A DNA stretch of 64,000 nucleotides, taken from the NCBI GenBank assembly GCA_963833225.1, contig CAWHXD010000014.1:43124-107123 (forward strand). The letters run 5' to 3'. The number at the start of each line of letters is the position of its first letter. Position 1 is the stretch's first letter. Under the pieces are notes generated by a model. It was not told where the DNA came from. It did no database searches and was given only the letters and a program-made list of their open reading frames with translations. This document shows positions 28,925 to 42,019 of the stretch, piece after piece. The translations under genes were made by a program, and so were the position numbers. The stretch comes from an uncultured Chloroflexia bacterium (GTDB lineage: Bacteria; Chloroflexota; Limnocylindria; Limnocylindrales; CSP1-4).

Positions 28925-30040
28925 ATGCGGCTGATCCCGGGCATCTGGGACTACGTGCCGCTGCTCGTCGCCGCGTTCGTCGCGGCGGCGGTGCTCTCGC
29001 TGGTGCTGACGCCCCTCGTCCGCCGGGTCGCCGTCCGCCTCGACAACATCGATCGGCCCGAGGATCGCCGGGTCAACGAGGCGCCGATCCCGCGCGGTGG
29101 CGGGGTTGCGGTGGCGATCTCGTTTCTCGTGATCGCGGTTGGCGGGATCGTGCTCAACGAGCAGACAGAGGCGATCCCGATCCCCCGCTCGATGGAATCG
29201 ACCGAGCTCGTGGGCCTCCTGCTGGGCGGCGCCGTCGCGACGGTGCTGGGCGTGCTGGACGACACCTTCCAGCTCCGTGCCCGCTGGCAGCTGCTGGGCC
29301 AGCTGGGGCTCGCCGCCATGGCGCTCGTGGCCGGCGTCACCGTGAACAACATCAACAATCCGTTTGGGCCCGGGAGCATCAGCCTGGTCGGGCCGTACGC
29401 GATCGGGTTCACCACCCTGTGGATCGCCGGGATGATCAACAGCATCAACTTCATCGACGGGCTCGACGGGCTCTCGTCGGGGATCGCGCTGATCGCGGCC
29501 GCCACCCTGGGGCTGATCTCGCTGACCGTCGTCGTCGCCCAGCCGTTCATCGGCATCCTGTGCTTCGGCCTCGCCGGCGCGCTGCTCGGGTTCCTGCGCT
29601 GGAACTTCCACCCGGCCTCGATCTTCATCGGGACCAGCGGGGTCATGTTCGTGGGCTACACGCTCGCGGTGCTGTCGATCCTGGGCACGGCCAAGGTCGC
29701 CGTTGCCCTGCTGGTGCTGGGCGTCCCGATCATCGACACCTTCTGGATCATCGTCCGGCGCCTTGGCACCGGGCACTCGCCGTTCACGCCCGACCGCGGG
29801 CACATCCACCATCGGCTGCTGGACCTGGGGCTGTCGCATAGCCAGACGGTGCTGGTCATCTACGGCCTGTGCCTCGCGCTCGCGGTGCTCTCGTTCTTCC
29901 TGTCCGGCACCGGGCAGCTGTACGCGTTCATGGGCCTGGCCGTGGTGTTCGGTTTGGTGCTGTTCCTGGTGACCCGCAACGAGACGAGCAACGCCCTCGA
30001 GGCCGAGACGTACGAGGAGGAGCCAGGCCCCGGCGGATGA
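28925..30040 (+). CDS. Undecaprenyl-phosphate GlcNAc-1-P transferase (WecA/TagO, MraY family)
   Basis: PRGGG, GVLDD, NFIDGLDGL, NFHPASIFIG, PIIDT, DRGHIHHRL. Confidence 0.92.
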   Translation: MRLIPGIWDYVPLLVAAFVAAAVLSLVLTPLVRRVAVRLDNIDRPEDRRVNEAPIPRGGGVAVAISFLVIAVGGIVLNEQTEAIPIPRSMESTELVGLLLGGAVATVLGVLDDTFQLRARWQLLGQLGLAAMALVAGVTVNNINNPFGPGSISLVGPYAIGFTTLWIAGMINSINFIDGLDGLSSGIALIAAATLGLISLTVVVAQPFIGILCFGLAGALLGFLRWNFHPASIFIGTSGVMFVGYTLAVLSILGTAKVAVALLVLGVPIIDTFWIIVRRLGTGHSPFTPDRGHIHHRLLDLGLSHSQTVLVIYGLCLALAVLSFFLSGTGQLYAFMGLAVVFGLVLFLVTRNETSNALEAETYEEEPGPGG

Positions 30041-30223
30041 CGCGCCGGTGCTGTCGCCGGGCCGCGCTTCGCCGGCGTCGCCACCGGGTCGCAGCTCGCT
30101 CGCGCCAGCCGCGCTGCTGCGAACCCACCCTCGCGGATAGGGCAAACGGCGGACCACGGCTGCGCCTGCCCCGAGTGCTAGGATCCTCGCGCCGGGCCCG
30201 GGAGCCTGGCACAACGAGGGGCC

Positions 30224-31419
30224 ATGTCTCCGCTCCAGGCAGCGATCGTCATCCTCATCGCAGTCATCGTGGCGGCCGGGATCGTCATGGTGCTGCTGCG
30301 CACCCGCCGGAAGCGGCATGTGGTGGAGGAGGCCGCGGCCGTCAACGAGGCGATCCCCCAGCTGTCCGAGGAGGACATCGCCTACCGGATCGGGCTGTCC
30401 GATCGCCCGGCCGCCGCCGCCGCGGCCGCCGCCGCCGCCGAGGCCGCCCACGCCGCTGCCGCGTTCGCCGCCGCCGCGGCCACGGCCGCCGCCGCATTTG
30501 CCGACGCGGAGGCCGAGGTCGAGCAGGAGTTCGGGATCAGGCCCCCGGGTGTGTCCGCCGCCGCGGCTCCCGAGATCTTCGCCACCGCCGCGGCTCCCGA
30601 GCTTGCCGCCGCGGCCCCCGAGCTTGTCGTCGTCGCCGCGGCTCCCGAGCTTGCCGCCACCACCCCGAGCGTCGAGGAGCCGGTCAGCGACGAGGTCGCC
30701 GCGGCCCGTGCCGCGATCCGTGCTGCCTCGATGGCGCCCGTCGTGCCCGCCGGGGTCCGTGAGCGGGCCGCCGAGCCACCGCCGCCGGTCTCCAACCGGT
30801 ACCGGCTCTGGCGAGACTCCGCCGCGGTGCTGCTGGTGCTGTCGATCCTCGTCCTGGGAGCGACGACGATCGTCCCGGGGCTCGTCTCGGGCCCGGGTCC
30901 CACCGAATCGCCGACGAGCGAGGCCATCGTCATCATGCCCAGCCCGTCCCGCACGCCGGGCCCCTCGCCATCCCCCTCGCCATCCCCTCGCCATCCCCCT
31001 CGCCCTCGCCATCGCCCAGCCCCTCGCCGTCCCCCTCGCCCAGCGCCGCCCCCACACCGACCAAGACCCCCAAGCCGACCCCGAAGCCCACGCGCAAGCC
31101 CACGCCCAAGCCGACCCCCAAGCCCACGCCCAAGCCGACCCTCAAGCCGACCCCCAAGCCCACGGCGGCGCCCGTGGTCGCCAAGATCAAGAGCATGGAT
31201 TGCAGGAACACCAAGAAGTGGTCCTTCACAGCGAAGACCGGGACTGCTGATTGGGTCTACCGGTGGTGGTTTGACGGAGCCGGTCCGTTTCGCGGCAGCA
31301 GCGTCAGCTACAAGGACTGGCTCCCCTTTGAGGGACCCGGTCACACGGTGGTGCTCAAGGTGACTGGCAAGAAGGGCAGTGACCAAGCCTTCACGACGGT
31401 CACCACGCCCTGCCCGTAG
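30224..31419 (+). CDS. Membrane-anchored Ala-rich / PS-PT repeat surface protein with C-terminal PKD-like domain; frameshift near 30985
   Basis: Two TM segments, AAAPEL repeats, then (CCATCCCCCTCG)n with one unit missing a C; the restored frame gives PSPS...KPTP repeats then [10 protein letters not shown]...YRWWFDG...VVLKVTG...TPCP*. Confidence 0.7.
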
Positions 31420-31525
31420 CCTGCGTCGCGCGGACGGTCCCACCCGGACGATCCACCCGCCTGCCGAACCCGGACCGTATCCGTGTCGCATCCTTGCCGC
31501 ATCATTTCGGACTCCAAGTGCCCTC

Positions 31526-31534
31526 TGGTATAGT
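31526..31534 (+). promoter_or_regulatory. Extended -10 element for the atp operon
   Basis: TGGTATAGT about 25 bp upstream of the ATG at 31559. Confidence 0.5.
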
Positions 31535-31558
31535 CACCCGCGCGGTGAACGGTCGTCC

Positions 31559-31774
31559 ATGAACACCGGTATCGGAGCGTATGTCGCGCTCTACTCCGAG
31601 ATCGGCGTGCTCCTCCTTGTGACGACCCTCGCCGGGGTTGCGGCGGGCTACTGGCTCGACCAGCAGCTGGGGACCGTGCCGATCTTCGTCCTCGTCGGCT
31701 TTCTGGCCGGCGCGGGGATCGGAGCGGTCGGGATCGCGCGCCTGATCACACGGTTCCTGAAGCGGTTCGAGTGA
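31559..31774 (+). CDS. AtpZ/AtpI family protein
   Basis: GYWLDQQLGT motif, two TM helices, first gene of the atp operon. Confidence 0.85.
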   Translation: MNTGIGAYVALYSEIGVLLLVTTLAGVAAGYWLDQQLGTVPIFVLVGFLAGAGIGAVGIARLITRFLKRFE

Positions 31775-31877
31775 ACAACCGGCCACGGAACGGGCTCGAC
31801 GACACGCGGCTGCGGCCGCGCGACTGACTGCTTGGAGGAAACGTGACGAGGGACCCGCGGACGGCGGAACCGCGAGC

Positions 31878-32858
31878 ATGAGCAACCGGACCCGGATCCT
31901 GCTCCTGCTCGGCACCGTGCTGCTCGTCGACGTCCTCGCGTTCATGTTCTTCCCACCCCAGGCGAAGGAAGACCCCGCCGCCGCGTGTGCGTTCCCCGCC
32001 TGCTACATCGACGGAAACCTTGAGCTCCCGGCACCCGTCGTCCTCGCTCGCCTGAACGGGCCGGCCGACGAGGCGCCCACCGGGCTGATCGTGTTCGACA
32101 TCAGCATCTCGTCGACGATCCTCACCATGTGGATCGTGACCGCCCTGGTCATCGTCCTGCTGTTCGTGCTCACGCGGGGCCGGGCAATGCTTCCGGGCAG
32201 GGCCCAGAACGCGATCGAGTACGTGTACGAGCTGATCGAGGGGTTCGGGATGTCGATCGGAGGTCCGGCGGCCAAGCCCTACATCCCGCTGTTCGCGGCA
32301 TTCTTCCTCTACATCCTGTTGTCCAACTGGAGCGGCCTCATCCCGCCGATCGGCAAGATCGAGCAGCTGCGCGCTCCGACAAGCGACGTGAACATCACCA
32401 TCGGCCTGGCCGTGGTCGCGTTCCTGTTCTTCGAGTACCAGGGCTTCCGGAAGCTTGGGGTCCGGGGATACCTGGGCAAGTTCTTCCCGATCGGGGAGTT
32501 CCGCAAGGGGCTGGGTGCGGGGATCATCGCGATGTTCGTCGGGCTGGTCGAGTTCTTCCTCGAGTTCGTGAAGCCCGTCACGCTGTCGATGCGACTCTTC
32601 GGCAACATCTATGGCGGCGAGGTCGCGCTGGGCGTGATGACCGCCCTGACCATCGCGGTCGTCCCCATGGCGATCATCGCGCTGGAGCTGATGCTCAACC
32701 TGGTCCAGGCACTGATCTTCAGCACCCTCACCCTCATGTTCACCCTGGCCGCGATCGAGCATCACGGCGATGAGGAGCACGCGGAGGGCGTGGACCATTC
32801 ACTCGAGCCCGCCGCCTGGCCGGTCGACCCGGACGTGGTCGTCGGCGGGGCGCATTGA
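31878..32858 (+). CDS. atpB: ATP synthase F0 subunit a
   Basis: SNWSGLIP, APTSDVN, LSMRLFGN, QALIF. Confidence 0.96.
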   Translation: MSNRTRILLLLGTVLLVDVLAFMFFPPQAKEDPAAACAFPACYIDGNLELPAPVVLARLNGPADEAPTGLIVFDISISSTILTMWIVTALVIVLLFVLTRGRAMLPGRAQNAIEYVYELIEGFGMSIGGPAAKPYIPLFAAFFLYILLSNWSGLIPPIGKIEQLRAPTSDVNITIGLAVVAFLFFEYQGFRKLGVRGYLGKFFPIGEFRKGLGAGIIAMFVGLVEFFLEFVKPVTLSMRLFGNIYGGEVALGVMTALTIAVVPMAIIALELMLNLVQALIFSTLTLMFTLAAIEHHGDEEHAEGVDHSLEPAAWPVDPDVVVGGAH

Positions 32859-32916
32859 CCACCCACAGGCACTGAACCCGGTGCAACAGCCGGGACCACG
32901 GAGGGAACAGGACACC

Positions 32917-33129
32917 ATGGAGCACTTCGGCGCAGGCATCGCGGCCCTCGGTGTGATCGGCCCCGGCATCGGGATCGGCATCCTCACCGGCATGTCCGCC
33001 AGCGCGATCGGGCGCAACCCCGATGCGGCTGGCCAGATCCGCGGCTTGGCGATCATTCTCGCCGGCTTCGCAGAGGGCCTCGGCGTCCTCGCGGTGGTCG
33101 TCGGCCTGCTTGCCATCTTCATCAAGTAG
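32917..33129 (+). CDS. atpE: ATP synthase F0 subunit c
   Basis: GxGxGxG, RNP loop, FAEGL carboxylate. Confidence 0.96.
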   Translation: MEHFGAGIAALGVIGPGIGIGILTGMSASAIGRNPDAAGQIRGLAIILAGFAEGLGVLAVVVGLLAIFIK

Positions 33130-33150
33130 CCACGGGACGAGACGACGACC

Positions 33151-33721
33151 GTGGATACCCTCGCCCTCATCGGTGAGGCCGCCAGGCGGGCGGTCCAGCC
33201 GACAGTTGAGGGAGCTCCCGTCGAGTTCCAGATCAACCTGTTCTGGGTCATCGTCAGCGCCGCCAACTTCGTCGTCTTCTTCCTGATCGTCAGGTCCGTG
33301 GCATTCAAGGGTCTGACCGACACGCTCGAGACCCGGCGCTCGCGCCTTGAGCAGGGTCTCCAGGACGCGGAGCAGGCCCGGAAGGACCGTGAGTCTGCCG
33401 AGCAGGAGCGCCTGGCGGCCCTCCAGGAGGCCCGTCGGGAGGCCAACGAGATCATCAACCGCGCCCAGAAGGTTGCGTCCGAGATCCCGCGAGGCGGACA
33501 TCGCCGCCACCCGCGAGGAGCTCGGCCGGCTCAGGGAGCGCGCGTCGGCCGAGATCGACACTGAGAAGCAGCGGGCCATCGCCGAGCTGCGCGCCGAGGT
33601 CACCGACCTCGCGCTCGCGGCTGCCGGGCGGGTGGTCGGTGACTCGATGACCTCGGATCGCCAGCGCAGGCTGGTGGCCGACTTCCTGGCCGATTCCGCC
33701 ACCGGCGGGTCGAACAACTGA
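33151..33721 (+). CDS. atpF: ATP synthase F0 subunit b; 1-bp frameshift near 33487
   Basis: TM segment plus coiled coil; continues [10 protein letters not shown]...LAAAGRVV...QRRLVADF in the shifted frame to TGA overlapping the atpH ATG. Confidence 0.92.
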
Positions 33722-34273
33722 TGAGCAGGCCCGTCTCCGCCGCCCGGCGCTACGCAGAGGCCGCCTTCGAGGTGGCCCTCGCGGAGAACCAGCTGGACCG
33801 GTGGCAGGCCGACCTCGCGCGCCGCCGTCACGATGCTCGGCCGTTCCGACGTGGAGCCGACCGTGCACAGCCCGGCGATTCCGCTCAAGGAGCGGGTGGA
33901 GATCGTGCGCCAGCTGCTGGAGCCCCGGATCGCCCGAGGACCCCTGCGCCTGGTCACCCTCCTCGTGGAGCGCGGCAAGGTTCACGCCCTGCCGCGGATC
34001 AGCGAGGAATACGCCCGACTGCTCAACAGGCACCGCGGGGTGGTCATGGCGACCGTCACCAGTGCCGTGCCCCTCACCGACGACGAGACCGCCGCGATCC
34101 GGACCCGGGTCGAGGCGATGGCCGGCGCCACGGTGGAGCTCACCGAGAAGGTCGAACCCGACCTGCTTGGCGGGCTGACCATCCAGGTGCGCGACCAGCT
34201 GCTCGACGCCTCCATCCGCGGCCGCCTCGAGCGGCTGCGAGACCAGCTCCACGCGGGCACCCGCTCCCGCTAG
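33721..34273 (+). CDS. atpH: ATP synthase F1 subunit delta; 1-bp frameshift near 33820
   Basis: ARRYAEAAF in the first frame; [20 protein letters not shown] in the second. Confidence 0.92.
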
Positions 34274-34293
34274 CCCGCTTCAACGGAGACGCC

Positions 34294-35826
34294 ATGGCCA
34301 TCCGGTCTGACGAGATCATCAGCATCATCAAGAGCCAGATCGCCGACTTCGACAGCACCACGGAGACCCGCAGCGTCGGGACCGTTGTCGAGGTGGGTGA
34401 CGGCATCGCCCAGGTCTATGGCCTGGATGCGGCCCTGTCGTCCGAGCTGCTCGAGTTCCCCGGCGGGGTGATGGGCATGGCCCTCAACCTCGAGGAGGAG
34501 ACGGTCGGCGCGGTCATCCTGGGCAACGCCACCGCCATCAAGGAGGGCGACATCGTCCGGACGACCGGTCGTGTCGCCGAGGTCCCGGTCGGGGCAGCCC
34601 TGCTGGGCCGCGTCGTGGACCCGCTGGGCAACGCGCTCGACGGCAAGGGTGACATCCCGCGCACGAAGACGCGCCCGGTGGAGCGCATCGCCCCCGGCGT
34701 CATCACCCGCCAGGGGGTGGACACGCCGGTCCAGACGGGCATCAAGGCCGTGGACGCCCTGATCCCCATCGGCCGTGGCCAGCGCGAGCTCATCATCGGC
34801 GACCGCCAGACCGGCAAGACGGCCATCGCCATCGACACGATCATCAACCAGAAGGACGGCGACCTGGTCTGCATCTACGTCGCGATCGGGCAGAAGCTGT
34901 CCACCGTGGCGCAGACCGTGGCCACGCTCGAGAAGTTCGGCGCCATGGAGCACACGATCGTCGTGGTCGCCGGCGCCGACGATCCGGCCCCGCTCCAGTA
35001 CCTCGCCCCCTACGCCGGCGTGGCGATGGGCGAGGAGGTCATGGAGACCGGGGTCGAGATCAACGGGAAGACCGTCAAGGACGCCCTGTGCGTCTACGAC
35101 GACCTGTCCAAGCACGCCTGGGCCTACCGCGAGATGGCCCTGCTCCTCCGCCGGCCGCCCGGCCGCGAGGCGTACCCCGGCGACGTGTTCTACCTCCACA
35201 GCCGCCTGCTCGAGCGGGCGGCCCGCATGAACGACGAGAACGGCGGTGGCAGCCTCACGGCGCTGCCCATCATCGAGACCCAGGCCAACGACGTGTCGGC
35301 CTACATCCCGACCAACGTGATCTCGATCACGGACGGCCAGATCTTCCTCGAGACCGACCTGTTCAACGCCGGTCAGCGGCCGGCCATGAACATCGGCATC
35401 TCCGTCTCCCGGGTGGGGTCCGCGGCCCAGACCAAGGCGATGAAGAAGGTGGCCGGCCCGCTCAAGCTGGACCTCGCGCAGTACCGCGCCCTGGCGGCGT
35501 TCGCCCAGTTCGCCGGCGACCTGGACAAGGCCACCCGGGACCAGCTCAACCGGGGTGAGAAGCTGTCCGAGATCGTCAAGCAGCCGCAGTACCAGCCGCT
35601 CCCCGTCGAGAAGCAGGTGGCGATCCTGGTGGCCGCCACGACTGGCAAGCTCGACGACATCCCCACCGCCCGCGTCAAGGAGTTCGAGACCCAGCTCTAC
35701 CGCTTCCTCGAGACCGAGCGCCCGGAGATCCTCAAGGACCTCGCGGCCTCGAAGGCGCTGAGCGACGAGATCTCGGCCGCCCTCAATGACGCCATCGACG
35801 CCTTCCGGCAGTCGTTCCTCGCCTAG
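34294..35826 (+). CDS. atpA: ATP synthase F1 subunit alpha
   Basis: MAIRSDEI start with GGAG RBS; [28 protein letters not shown]. Confidence 0.98.
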   Translation: MAIRSDEIISIIKSQIADFDSTTETRSVGTVVEVGDGIAQVYGLDAALSSELLEFPGGVMGMALNLEEETVGAVILGNATAIKEGDIVRTTGRVAEVPVGAALLGRVVDPLGNALDGKGDIPRTKTRPVERIAPGVITRQGVDTPVQTGIKAVDALIPIGRGQRELIIGDRQTGKTAIAIDTIINQKDGDLVCIYVAIGQKLSTVAQTVATLEKFGAMEHTIVVVAGADDPAPLQYLAPYAGVAMGEEVMETGVEINGKTVKDALCVYDDLSKHAWAYREMALLLRRPPGREAYPGDVFYLHSRLLERAARMNDENGGGSLTALPIIETQANDVSAYIPTNVISITDGQIFLETDLFNAGQRPAMNIGISVSRVGSAAQTKAMKKVAGPLKLDLAQYRALAAFAQFAGDLDKATRDQLNRGEKLSEIVKQPQYQPLPVEKQVAILVAATTGKLDDIPTARVKEFETQLYRFLETERPEILKDLAASKALSDEISAALNDAIDAFRQSFLA

Positions 35827-35828
35827 CC

Positions 35829-38131
<2,303 letters not shown>

Positions 38132-38149
38132 TCGACGTGAATCTCACCT

Positions 38150-38408
38150 CCGCTCTCGCCGCCCGGCTTCCGGCCGATTCCAGTCACCTGCGGGCGACTG
38201 AGATCGGCCTGCATCCGGGCGCCTACGCGGAGGTGGTGTCTTCCCTCAGTCCCCTCACCGAGGGCCGCGCACGCCGGCCGCTCGTGCTCGGGAAGATCGG
38301 GGGTGGGGTCCATCACCGACGCAACGCAGGCCGCGTAGCCGGGTGGATGGCGGCCGATCTCAGTCCCGCAGGACTGGAATCGGACCGACAGCCGCACGGC
38401 GAGAGCGG
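38150..38408. repeat. About 260-bp REPIN/MITE-like long hairpin between atpD and atpC
   Basis: 38150-38230 is the imperfect reverse complement of 38331-38408; each arm has its own internal palindrome. Confidence 0.85.
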
Positions 38409-38431
38409 CCGTTCGATCGGAGTGAATTGAC

Positions 38432-38860
38432 ATGCCGCTCCACCTTGAGATCGTCACTCCCGAGCGGCTGGCGTACTCGGACGAGGTTGACATGGTGCTC
38501 GTCCCCGGGATCGACGGCGAGCTCGGGATCCTGCCCCACCACACCCCGCTGGCAAGCCTGCTCGGCGTTGGCGAGCTCAAGATCCGCAAGGGCGGGGACG
38601 AGGAGACCTTCGCGATCGCCGGCGGGTTCCTGCAGGTCCGCCCGGACAAGGTCGTGGTCATGGCCGAGACGGCCGAGATCGGGACCGAGATCGACCTCGA
38701 GCGGGCGCAGCGCGCGCGCGACGAGGCCGCGAAGGCGCTCGAGTCGGGGTACGTGGAGGGGGCGGACCTCTCGGCCGCCCGCGCGGAGCTGCAGCGGGCC
38801 CTGGTCCGCATCCGCGTCGCCGAGCACCGCCGCACGGAGGGCCGACGCACGCGGGGCTAG
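38432..38860 (+). CDS. atpC: ATP synthase F1 subunit epsilon
   Basis: LEIVTPE, GELGILPHH, GGFLQV, IDLERA. Confidence 0.96.
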   Translation: MPLHLEIVTPERLAYSDEVDMVLVPGIDGELGILPHHTPLASLLGVGELKIRKGGDEETFAIAGGFLQVRPDKVVVMAETAEIGTEIDLERAQRARDEAAKALESGYVEGADLSAARAELQRALVRIRVAEHRRTEGRRTRG

Positions 38861-38881
38861 ACCCACGGTGGCGAGATCTTG

Positions 38882-40213
38882 ATGACAGATACCAGGCCGT
38901 TCCACTGGGAGTACCACCCGGAGGCGCCGCCCCCGGAGGTATTCCGGATCGAGGGTGGGAAGCCGCTCCGGGGAACCGTGCGCGTCTCGGGGGCCAAGAA
39001 CGCCGCCCTCAAGCTGTTGGCCGCCGCCGTGCTCACCGGCGAGCGGTGCCGGTTCGAGAACGTCCCCGAGATCCAGGACGTGCGCGTGCTGACCGCGGTG
39101 CTGCAGGACCTGGGCGTGGTGGTGGATCACCCGGCGGACGGGGTCTACGAGATCGCGGCCGGTGACGTGGACTGGCTGTTCATCCCCCTCGAGGCGGCGG
39201 CCAAGATGCGTGCCTCGTTCATCCTGCTCGGTCCGCTGCTCGCCCGGTTTGGCCACGTGATCATCAGCAACCCGGGTGGCGACCGGATCGGCCGGCGGCC
39301 GGTCAACTTCCACGTGGATGCGATGCGTGCGCTCGGCGCCGAGGTGGACTACCGCAACGGCTACTACTTCGCCAAGGCGCCGGGCAGGCTCCGTGGCGCC
39401 GAGATCACGTTCCCGCAGGTCACGGTCATGGGCACCGAGAACGCGATGCTCGCGGCGTGCCTCGCGGACGGCACCACGGTCATCCGTCCGGCCGCGCAGG
39501 AGCCGGAGGTGGACGACCTGATCGTGTTCCTGGGCGAGATGGGCGCCGATGTCGCGCGGACCGCGCCTGACACGATCGTCGTCCACGGCCGCCGGCGGCT
39601 CCGCGGCGCGAACCACACGGTGATGCCCGACCGGATCGAGACCGCCACCTTCCTCGTCGCCGCCGCGGTCACCGGTGGCCAGCTCACCCTCGAGGACGCG
39701 GCCTGTGACCATGTCGGCGCGCTGGTCGGGATCATGGGCCGGATGGGGGTCCCCGTCGCCTGCGGGCGGACGTCCATCGAGATCGACGCCACGGGCCTCC
39801 GCCCCGGCGACCTGGTGGCATGCGACATCGAGACCGGGCCCTACCCGGGCCTCGCCACGGACGTCCAGCCGCCCGCGTGCGTGCTGCTGACCCAGGCGAG
39901 CGGCTCGTCCCGGGTGCACGAGACCGTGTTCGAGGACCGCATCGAGTGGCTCGCCGAGCTTCGCAAGCTGGGGGCCCGGATCGAGATCGTGGACGCCCAC
40001 CACGCGTCGATCCAGGGCCCGACCCGCCTCCACGGCGCCGAGGTGTCCATCAGCGACCTGCGCGCCGGTGCCTCGCTGATCCTCGCCGCGCTCGCGGCCG
40101 ATGGCCCTTCCCTCATCCACGGCGCGCACCACGTCCGCCGCGGGTACGAGAACATCGACCGCAAGTTCCAGCAGCTCGGCGCGAGCATCGTCTGGTCGGC
40201 CGACAGCGCCTGA
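38882..40213 (+). CDS. murA: UDP-N-acetylglucosamine 1-carboxyvinyltransferase (Asp variant)
   Basis: [45 protein letters not shown]. Confidence 0.95.
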   Translation: MTDTRPFHWEYHPEAPPPEVFRIEGGKPLRGTVRVSGAKNAALKLLAAAVLTGERCRFENVPEIQDVRVLTAVLQDLGVVVDHPADGVYEIAAGDVDWLFIPLEAAAKMRASFILLGPLLARFGHVIISNPGGDRIGRRPVNFHVDAMRALGAEVDYRNGYYFAKAPGRLRGAEITFPQVTVMGTENAMLAACLADGTTVIRPAAQEPEVDDLIVFLGEMGADVARTAPDTIVVHGRRRLRGANHTVMPDRIETATFLVAAAVTGGQLTLEDAACDHVGALVGIMGRMGVPVACGRTSIEIDATGLRPGDLVACDIETGPYPGLATDVQPPACVLLTQASGSSRVHETVFEDRIEWLAELRKLGARIEIVDAHHASIQGPTRLHGAEVSISDLRAGASLILAALAADGPSLIHGAHHVRRGYENIDRKFQQLGASIVWSADSA

Positions 40214-40296
40214 CCGTCACGCCCCGCCGCCCCCATCGACCCCTCCCGGGGCCATTCCCGGCCCTTCGACCCTCACGGAGTAGCATTCCCCCCGTC

Positions 40297-41295
40297 ATGA
40301 AGATCGGAATCGACCTCGGCACCGCGAACGTCATCGTCTATGTCAAGGGCAAGGGCATCGTCACCACGGAGCCCTCTGTCGTCGCGGTCGGCGAGGACAA
40401 CCGGATCGTCGCCGTGGGCGAGGAGGCCCGCGAGATGATCGGCCGCACGCCCGGCAACATCCAGGCCATCCGCCCGATGAAGGACGGCGTCATCGCCGAC
40501 TACGTCATCACGGAGGCCATGCTCCGGTTCTTCATCGGCAAGGCCACCAAGGGCCGGATCGGCTTCTCCCGGCCCGAGGTCATGATCTCGGTCCCGGCCG
40601 GGGTGACCTCGGTCGAGAAGCGCGCTGTCCGCGACGCCGCGCTCAAGGCCGGGGCCAAGGACGCCTTCCTGATCGAGGAGCCCCTCGCCGCGGCGATCGG
40701 TGCCAACGTGCCGATCAGCGGGCCGTCCGGGAACATGATCATCGACATCGGCGGTGGCACCTCCGAGATCGCCGTCATCGCGCTCGGCGGAATCGTGGTG
40801 TTCAACAGCCTTCGCGTCGGCGGCAACAAGTTCGACGAGTCGATCGCCTCCTACATCCGCAAGAAGTACAACCTGATGGTCGGCGAGCGGACCGCGGAGG
40901 AGGTCAAGATCCAGATCGGCACCGCGCTGCCCCTGGAGCGCGAGCTGACGATGGAGGTCCGCGGCCGCGACCTCATCGCGGGTCTCCCCCGGACGATCCC
41001 GATCACCAGCTCCGAGGTGATGGAGGCGATCGAGATCCCGCTCCAGCAGCTGGTCGCCGCGGTCCGCGGTGTCCTCGAGCAGACCCCGCCGGAGCTGTCC
41101 TCGGACATCATCGACAAGGGCATGGTCATGTCCGGCGGCGGGTCGCTGCTGCGCAACATCGACAAGCTGCTGACCCAGGTCACCGGCGTCCCGTGCCACG
41201 TCGCCGAGAACTCGCTCAACTGCGTGGCGCTGGGGACCGGGCTCGCGCTCGAGCACTTCGACTTCTTCAAGAAGTCCCTGGTCTCGCAGATCTGA
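40297..41295 (+). CDS. mreB: Rod shape-determining protein MreB/Mbl
   Basis: [37 protein letters not shown]. Confidence 0.96.
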   Translation: MKIGIDLGTANVIVYVKGKGIVTTEPSVVAVGEDNRIVAVGEEAREMIGRTPGNIQAIRPMKDGVIADYVITEAMLRFFIGKATKGRIGFSRPEVMISVPAGVTSVEKRAVRDAALKAGAKDAFLIEEPLAAAIGANVPISGPSGNMIIDIGGGTSEIAVIALGGIVVFNSLRVGGNKFDESIASYIRKKYNLMVGERTAEEVKIQIGTALPLERELTMEVRGRDLIAGLPRTIPITSSEVMEAIEIPLQQLVAAVRGVLEQTPPELSSDIIDKGMVMSGGGSLLRNIDKLLTQVTGVPCHVAENSLNCVALGTGLALEHFDFFKKSLVSQI

Positions 41296-41308
41296 GCCTG
41301 GCCCCGGG

Positions 41309-42019
41309 GTGACGTACTTCCTTGATCTGCACTGCCACACGTCGGCGAGCTTCGACTGCCTGGCCAGCCCGGAATCCCAGGTGCGGGCGGCGGCGGCACG
41401 CGGCCTGACCCACCTCGCCATCACGGACCACGACCGCATCGACGGCGCCCTGCGTGCCCGGGACGCGGCCCCCGGTGGGCTCACCGTGCTCATCGGCGAG
41501 GAGATCAAGACGGCGGACGGTGACCTGGTGGCGGTGTTCCTCGAGCGGGCCGTTGCGCCCGGGCGGCCGGCTCGCGAGACGATCGAGGAGGTCCGCGACC
41601 AGGGCGGGCTGGTGGGGATCCCGCATCCCTTCGACACGTTCCGCGGCTCGATGCTCACGGACCCGCGGCTGGAAGAGATCGGGTCGCTGGTGGACTGGAT
41701 CGAGGCGCACAACGCCCGCGTGGTCGGCGGCAGCGGCAACGAGAAGGCGGCCGCGTTCGCGCGCGAGCTGGGGCTGCCGGGCGTGGCCGTGTCCGACGCG
41801 CACAGCAGCCTCGAGGTCGGCGTCGCGTACAGCACCCTCGAGGTGGATCCATCCACGCCGGAAGGACTGCTTGCCGCCCTGACCTCCGTCGAGCTTGTGC
41901 CCGGGCGCTCCTCGTATATCGTGCGGACGTTGACCCCGATCGCCAAGCTCGTGAACCGCGCCCGTGGGAACCGGCGCGTGGTCCCGACACCCGCCGGCCG
42001 AGCGGGTCCCGCCGAATGA
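41309..42019 (+). CDS. PHP-domain metal-dependent phosphoesterase
   Basis: DLHCHT, AITDHD, GEE, PHPF, SDAH. Confidence 0.9.
   Translation: MTYFLDLHCHTSASFDCLASPESQVRAAAARGLTHLAITDHDRIDGALRARDAAPGGLTVLIGEEIKTADGDLVAVFLERAVAPGRPARETIEEVRDQGGLVGIPHPFDTFRGSMLTDPRLEEIGSLVDWIEAHNARVVGGSGNEKAAAFARELGLPGVAVSDAHSSLEVGVAYSTLEVDPSTPEGLLAALTSVELVPGRSSYIVRTLTPIAKLVNRARGNRRVVPTPAGRAGPAE

Noticed and set aside
27410-31057. Very long antisense ORFs (e.g. 1215 aa here, 799 aa at 12209, 802 aa at 49826)
   Set aside because: Shadows of real genes caused by stop-codon scarcity in high-GC DNA; no motifs.
33721-35826. 701-aa AtpH-AtpA fusion
   Set aside because: Frameshift in atpH; atpA has its own RBS and ATG at 34294.
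38137-38430. 97-aa protein gene between atpD and atpC
   Set aside because: No RBS or recognisable motif, and the sequence is explained by a long inverted repeat.
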